Shown one piece after another: positions 25,256-30,155 of a DNA stretch of 30,155 nucleotides (positions within the stretch are counted from its first letter, which is position 1; each line of letters starts with the position of its first letter). Both the position numbers and the translations under genes were made by a program. Below the pieces are notes generated by a model. It saw only the letters and a program-made list of their open reading frames with translations. It was not told where the DNA came from and searched no databases. The DNA is from Euryarchaeota archaeon UBA623 (GTDB taxonomy: Archaea; Thermoplasmatota; Poseidoniia; Poseidoniales; Thalassarchaeaceae), in contig DAUV01000105.1 in NCBI GenBank assembly GCA_002505325.1, positions 8,482 through 38,636 on the forward strand, written 5' to 3'.

Positions 25256-26335
25256 TTACGAATCAGCAGTGTAGCCATAGAACTCTGCGTTCTTTAGGGC
25301 AGGCCGCTTCTCTGGCTTGACTAGTATTGTCCTGACCCCCCACAGGTCTTTGAAAATGCGATACTGCGAGGTCGCATCGAGGTAGTCAACTCCACTGGTC
25401 CCTCCTGTGCCTATTCTCCTTCCCATGATACGTTCAACCATACGTGCATGAGAATGTCTCCACTTCACCATCGACTCCTCTAGTTCTACGATTGCGTCAA
25501 TCAGAGTACGAGGCCAAGTCAGTAACGGAAGTTCGCGATAGGACTCGATGAACAGCAGACCAGCACGGGCTCGGCTGACCTCGCCCTCCGGCATAAGGAA
25601 GGAAACCGCCCCATCATGGGCGGCAGCCATCCTAGCCGCCATTTTGTCCGGGTCACCTGCACCCCAGCCTGCTGACCTCTCGGCAGCCTCCTCACAGACA
25701 GCTCTGTGGGCTCCCAGATGGGTTTCGATGTATGCTCTGACATTCTCCGCATCGCCCTCGCTACCGTATGAGGAACCCATGATTGGGGTTCGTTCCACCC
25801 AGTTCATCATCGACTCGTAGAGAGATGGCTGCAACAACGCATCCTCTAGTCGTGCGAGCATGGCCGCACTTCGCTCGTCCCCCTCCGCCATTCTCCTGAA
25901 ACTGGAAAGCGGGTCCATCCCACCTATCCTGTCGTCGTTATCGAGGCCGAGGAGAATTTCAAACTCGCGCATCTGAAACGACTCAAACCCTGAGGCCGTT
26001 CCAAGGCCGTCGCGGAAGGCGAGGAAGCCTTGCGGCGTAAGCGTCTCAAGTACAGCCCACTGGTTCCCCATCAACCGGAAGATTTCGGTGGTCCTGCCGA
26101 GATGGTCAACAGCTCGAGGAATGTCATCCTCTGGGACATGGTCACAGCCGAGGATGTTTCGGACTTCAGTCAACTCACGAATCACCTGCTTGAACCAAAG
26201 CTCGAATGTTTGGTGTACGATGATGAAGTGCATCTCGTCGGAATTTATCTCGCGGCCCTCCCCCTGCAATTCCAGCAGTTCGTGCAACCTTAGGTAATCA
26301 GCATATGTCCAGTTGCCGGGCCCACTCTCTCCCAT
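25256..26335 (-). CDS. kynA: Tryptophan 2,3-dioxygenase (long type)
   Basis: YADYLRLHELLELQ, DEMHFIIVHQTFELWFKQ, FRDGLGTASGFESFQMR, WRHSH (proximal heme His) and GRRIGTGGTSGVDYL. Confidence 0.95.
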   Translation of the reverse strand: MGESGPGNWTYADYLRLHELLELQGEGREINSDEMHFIIVHQTFELWFKQVIRELTEVRNILGCDHVPEDDIPRAVDHLGRTTEIFRLMGNQWAVLETLTPQGFLAFRDGLGTASGFESFQMREFEILLGLDNDDRIGGMDPLSSFRRMAEGDERSAAMLARLEDALLQPSLYESMMNWVERTPIMGSSYGSEGDAENVRAYIETHLGAHRAVCEEAAERSAGWGAGDPDKMAARMAAAHDGAVSFLMPEGEVSRARAGLLFIESYRELPLLTWPRTLIDAIVELEESMVKWRHSHARMVERIMGRRIGTGGTSGVDYLDATSQYRIFKDLWGVRTILVKPEKRPALKNAEFYGYTADS

Positions 26336-26438
26336 GTCCCCTCCTGACAGCCGTCGCTTGAAGCATTGTCGCCGAACCCGAATCCTCTAAACGCCCGAAC
26401 CACGCCGAAATAGTGTGTCTGAAAGGTGCGGTGGGCCG

Positions 26439-27020
26439 ATGCCTTCCAATAATTCACAACTTCCCGAATCAGTGTTGTTCGTCGAGGAGGGCCTTGAGCT
26501 TAGTCAGACAACTCTGGAAGAGGCCGAGGAACTGTTCTCGGTGGTCGAAGCAAATCGTGATTACCTCAGGGAGTGGCTTCCTTGGTTGGACGGAACTAAC
26601 AGCGTAGAAGACGAGGTCTCCTTCATCAGAGGAGTTCTAGAGGAGTATCACAGAGGAGACGGAGTCCACTATGCCATCAGAATGAACGGAGAGTTAGTCG
26701 GAAGTATGGGCCTGAATTGGATAGACCGCGGCAACCGGGGATGCGGAGTCGGATATTGGCTGTCAGAGGAGCACACCGGACAAGGAATTGCCACTCGTAG
26801 TTGCGTTCGTCTAATGGAGCACTGCTTCGATGATCTTGGACTCCATCGCTTCGTGCTCGAAGCAGCCACCGACAACTTCGCCAGTCGCGCTATCGCTGAG
26901 CGATTAGGAATGCGACTCGAAGGTATCACCAAGGACAGGGAGTGGCTGTATGACCACTATGTCGACTCTGCCCTATACGCTATTACCGCGCCCGAATGGC
27001 AGTCTCAAGATCAAGACTGA
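26439..27020 (+). CDS. RimJ/RimL-family GNAT N-acetyltransferase
   Basis: NRDYLREWLPWLD, GVGYWLSEEHTGQGIAT, DLGLHRF and NFASRAIAERLG.RLEG. ATG 26439 follows a GGTG SD-like element; GTG 26415 is an alternative start. Confidence 0.9.
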   Translation: MPSNNSQLPESVLFVEEGLELSQTTLEEAEELFSVVEANRDYLREWLPWLDGTNSVEDEVSFIRGVLEEYHRGDGVHYAIRMNGELVGSMGLNWIDRGNRGCGVGYWLSEEHTGQGIATRSCVRLMEHCFDDLGLHRFVLEAATDNFASRAIAERLGMRLEGITKDREWLYDHYVDSALYAITAPEWQSQDQD

Positions 27021-29161
27021 ATCAGGCCGTGGTCCTCTATTGAGCAGTTACCAGAGGGTAGACAGGATAGTAGGTCATCCTGAGCTAGGCCGGTCGCCTT
27101 GGAGATACGATTGGCTACACTTTCCTTCTTCTCTCTCCCGGGAATCACTTTGCCCCATCTCTCGAAGTTTTCTGAGATTGTCGCAGGAGTGCCTGACACC
27201 GGCATCGGGACCCCATTCACCACTGCCATGCCGATAGCTAACTCTAGGGGCAGATTACGATGCCAATTGCGCTGCCCTCTTACGACGAAGGAACCTCTGG
27301 CTAACGACTCACCAGTTTCAGTGGTTTTTGAGACCTGGCTCGACCTAGCATGGAAGGCGGTGGCCGCAGCGCCACCACTCCCCCATGCCCTTGACCAGCA
27401 GACCGCGATTTGGGCAGCCTCCGAATGCATCGATTCCGGCAATTCTCTTGCGTCTTCTATGCCTTCAGCCAGATTCTGAACTATCTGCAACGAAGCCACA
27501 CCCTCTGGGATGGTCTCTGACGGGTTCTGGTTGGGTGCAAAGCCGTCATTGAGTTTGAGTGAACACGATGGCGCTCCATGTAGATCGGCGTGGAAATAGA
27601 GATCATTGGAAGATAGATGCTTTCGAACTACGACATCGTTCCCTTTCGCGTCTTTCCCACCGATGAGCAGGTGACCGCCTGAAAGCATCGCCCAGCGATG
27701 CTTTTCGAACCAGAAGCGCTTGCTACGCTGCCTCGATCTAAGTCTGCCCGCAGCAGCATCCTTGGCAGCACGTTTCTCGGCCTTCTCGCGAGCTTGCTTG
27801 GTATTGGCCAGAGCCGTTTGAGCGCCCTTGGCCTTGCTTTTCTGGGTACTGGCCTCCTCGAAGTAGCGCTGGGCATTCTGGTGCACAGTCTTGGAGACAT
27901 AGAGGGTGATGCTAGCACCGGGGTCTCCTTCCTCGTCTGGCAGATAGGCCACTATGGTCTGTTTCGCTGGGTCTGCGCTGTCTATCCAGGGCACGTCATA
28001 GATTCTGTCTCCGACGCTCTGCCAGCCATCCGAGTCGACAGCGTCGTTGAATTGGGTCAGCAGCGAATCCACGTGTTCCCAGTTGCCTTGAATCGCCTTA
28101 CCCAACTCCTGAGTAATCGCAGCGCGTTCGTGGAACCTGTCTATGGCCGCGCTCTGTTGCGCTGCCCGCCGACCCAACTTCGCTTGCTTTTCCCCCGCGT
28201 CTTCTCCGGATTCAACTAAACGCTCCTCTTCTCGACGTATGAAAGCGGCAGCGTCGTGTGAGCCGAATACAGCGTCGTAAGCCAAGGATAGCGATGCGGC
28301 CCTCACCATTGTACTGCCGTCCGTATATGACAGGTCGATTGGGGCAATCTCAGTAATCCCGGATGAGGCAGTGTCCCGGTCGGCCTCATTATCGGCAGCC
28401 TCCCATGTCTGTCTGGCCTCTGAATCAATCATCCACATCATCGCCCCATCTCCTTCTGACAATTCAACTAGCATTGACTGTATGGCTTCCTCCAGAGCGT
28501 CGCGCTGCTCTGAGTCGAGCGAGTTTGCACCCATCTTCTCATCAAGTCCAGCAATAGAGCATGCCGTGCTGCCGTAGATTCTACCGAAATTTGCTCGGGC
28601 AGCTAGGGTACGGATTAGGTCGTGCTTACTGCCATCTAGCAGGTTATCGAGCGCTGACCTGTCCATATTGCGTGGATCGACAGTCTCAGGAGGAGGAGCG
28701 TAGGCGACCCCCTTCTTCAGCGAGCGACTGGCATACTTGGCATGAGTGAGCGGTTGTATGATGACTCCATTGTCATCGAGCAGTATCACGTTGCCGTCGC
28801 GGAATAACTCGATGACGAGCTTGAGTCGTCCGCCACCATGCTCAAAGGTCAACTCGATGACCCTGTCAAAGCCAAACTGCTCGACTGCTATTAGACGTGA
28901 ATTATTGAGATGCTTGCGCAGAACCATGGCGAACTGAGAAGGCTTCGAAGGCATCGGTCGGTCGCGCTGAGATGTGTAGACGCGACGACCTCTGACGATT
29001 ACTAGATCAGTCGATGGCACCCCTTTCCGATTCAGACGCACGACGACCTGCTCGTAGTGCGGCTGGTATGCCTTGCGTGCACGAGCCCCTATCAGTTCGG
29101 AAAGCTCACGCACGATGCGTGCGACATCGAAGGATGAGGACTGCTCGCGCATACTGCTCAA
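27011..29161 (-). CDS. rqcH: Ribosome quality-control protein RqcH/Rqc2 (NFACT family)
   Basis: NFACT-N (FAMVLRKHL, FGFDRV, IELFRDGNVIL), HhH, central coiled coil (NAQRYFEEA...KAKGA), NFACT-R (WFEKHRW, GGKDAKGND, YFHADLHGAPS) and NFACT-C (KTTETGESLARGSFVVRG.RNW). Confidence 0.93.
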   Translation of the reverse strand: MSSMREQSSSFDVARIVRELSELIGARARKAYQPHYEQVVVRLNRKGVPSTDLVIVRGRRVYTSQRDRPMPSKPSQFAMVLRKHLNNSRLIAVEQFGFDRVIELTFEHGGGRLKLVIELFRDGNVILLDDNGVIIQPLTHAKYASRSLKKGVAYAPPPETVDPRNMDRSALDNLLDGSKHDLIRTLAARANFGRIYGSTACSIAGLDEKMGANSLDSEQRDALEEAIQSMLVELSEGDGAMMWMIDSEARQTWEAADNEADRDTASSGITEIAPIDLSYTDGSTMVRAASLSLAYDAVFGSHDAAAFIRREEERLVESGEDAGEKQAKLGRRAAQQSAAIDRFHERAAITQELGKAIQGNWEHVDSLLTQFNDAVDSDGWQSVGDRIYDVPWIDSADPAKQTIVAYLPDEEGDPGASITLYVSKTVHQNAQRYFEEASTQKSKAKGAQTALANTKQAREKAEKRAAKDAAAGRLRSRQRSKRFWFEKHRWAMLSGGHLLIGGKDAKGNDVVVRKHLSSNDLYFHADLHGAPSCSLKLNDGFAPNQNPSETIPEGVASLQIVQNLAEGIEDARELPESMHSEAAQIAVCWSRAWGSGGAAATAFHARSSQVSKTTETGESLARGSFVVRGQRNWHRNLPLELAIGMAVVNGVPMPVSGTPATISENFERWGKVIPGREKKESVANRISKATGLAQDDLLSCLPSGNCSIEDHGLIQS

Positions 29162-29211
29162 CCCGCCCGGCTCAACTGCCCTTCATCAGGCAATCGCTTG
29201 ATCAAATCGGC

Positions 29212-30072
29212 CTAATTCCCGATAGATGACTGGAATTTCCCTATCTCAACTAGGACTCCAGCCTCGTGTGCATACTGGTTACTTGGGACCTCTACCAGTA
29301 CTGCATCTGGTATTCTTTCTACTATCCCGTGAACCTTGTCAATGTCGTGTAGGGTGTCAGAGGAAGCGGTCATCACAGCGCAAGGAACTCGGATGGCCGA
29401 TAGGTCATCGGGGAGTCGGTAGCGGATATTTGCTCTCGCACTGAGGAGCATCCTCTGCAGATCTTGTGCAAGCAGAGCCCTGCGGTATCTGATTCGCTGA
29501 CCCTCCTCTTTGGTCCTACGGTCTACCAGCCAGACTGTGAATCGCATCAGGGAAGGGTGAACGAACCTAGGAATTGGCATTTTGAGCAGAATTCTCGCCC
29601 AAAGAGGGAACTCGAAGTCTGGGTTCGGGGCGAGCAGTATCGAAGAGCGGCCGCCAAGCACCCCACCTTGGTATGCTTCGATTAGCAAGGTCGCTCCTAG
29701 GGACGACGAGAACCAGTCAACCTCAGTTGATTCTATACCAAGTTTGTCTAGAACAGCGGCGACATCGTGACCATGATGTCGCATCTCAAAGTCCTCCTGC
29801 CCTACCTTTCTAGTGATTCGGGAACTCTTTTTTTCACGTGTCTCAATGTAGACTATCGGACGACGGGAAACCCATTCGGTCAGAAGCGGACGCCAACCCT
29901 CGAAGACAGAACCCCAGCCAGGAACGACCACAGCAGGATCTAAAGAGGCTGCAGATGAATCAGTAGGGACCCACCGTAGGACCCTTACCGAAATATTCGG
30001 AGCGACTTCAACAAAAAGCTCCTCAGCATTGGCCCCGGAAAGATGAGGTGCACCGCTCCACATTTCTTCCAT
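29212..30072 (-). CDS. Alpha/beta-fold hydrolase
   Basis: VVVPGWGS oxyanion strand, nucleophile elbow FSSSLGAT, acid TASSDTLH and C-terminal QYAHE. ATG 30072 follows the track's TTG at 30075. Confidence 0.75.
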   Translation of the reverse strand: MEEMWSGAPHLSGANAEELFVEVAPNISVRVLRWVPTDSSAASLDPAVVVPGWGSVFEGWRPLLTEWVSRRPIVYIETREKKSSRITRKVGQEDFEMRHHGHDVAAVLDKLGIESTEVDWFSSSLGATLLIEAYQGGVLGGRSSILLAPNPDFEFPLWARILLKMPIPRFVHPSLMRFTVWLVDRRTKEEGQRIRYRRALLAQDLQRMLLSARANIRYRLPDDLSAIRVPCAVMTASSDTLHDIDKVHGIVERIPDAVLVEVPSNQYAHEAGVLVEIGKFQSSIGN

Positions 30073-30119
30073 CAAATTGGCCTAGAGGGATAGGTGGATT
30101 TCATCCTTGGGTCGGGCAA

Positions 30120-30155
30120 TCATCTGCCACGACCGCCGCCACCGGACCTGCCGCC
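30120..30155 (-). CDS. 3' end of an upstream gene with a Gly/Arg-rich tail (truncated by the window edge)
   Basis: The reverse complement reads GGC GGC AGG TCC GGT GGC GGC GGT CGT GGC AGA TGA = GGRSGGGGRGR*. Only 11 codons are visible, so the product cannot be assigned. Confidence 0.45.
   Translation of the reverse strand, partial: GGRSGGGGRGR

Overview
Densely packed archaeal chromosome segment, mostly housekeeping genes. Archaeal markers include radA, hel308, cgi121, rpoK/Rpo6, archaeal rqcH and an initiator tRNA-Met with an A1-U72 pair. The mix with acidic secreted proteins, dockerins, a kexin-like S8 protease, ctaA/ctaB, a bacterial-type thiolase and TDO suggests Marine Group II (Poseidoniales); that assignment is inference, not a search result. 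I support 24 complete CDS, two partial CDS at the window edges (including a GT4 missing from the ORF track) and one tRNA. I found no CRISPR array, integrase or transposase. The most unusual region is 2.9-6.5 kb. There, a catalytically empty tandem-dockerin protein and a 67-aa microprotein share a 34-aa N-terminal leader (23/34 identical, 9 synonymous changes) and a near-identical promoter box. They are separated by a structured intergenic element and followed by an acidic beta-propeller lipoprotein. The second lead is a ~80-aa insertion in the Hel308 winged-helix domain carrying a BRC-like FxxAS motif, a few genes from radA.
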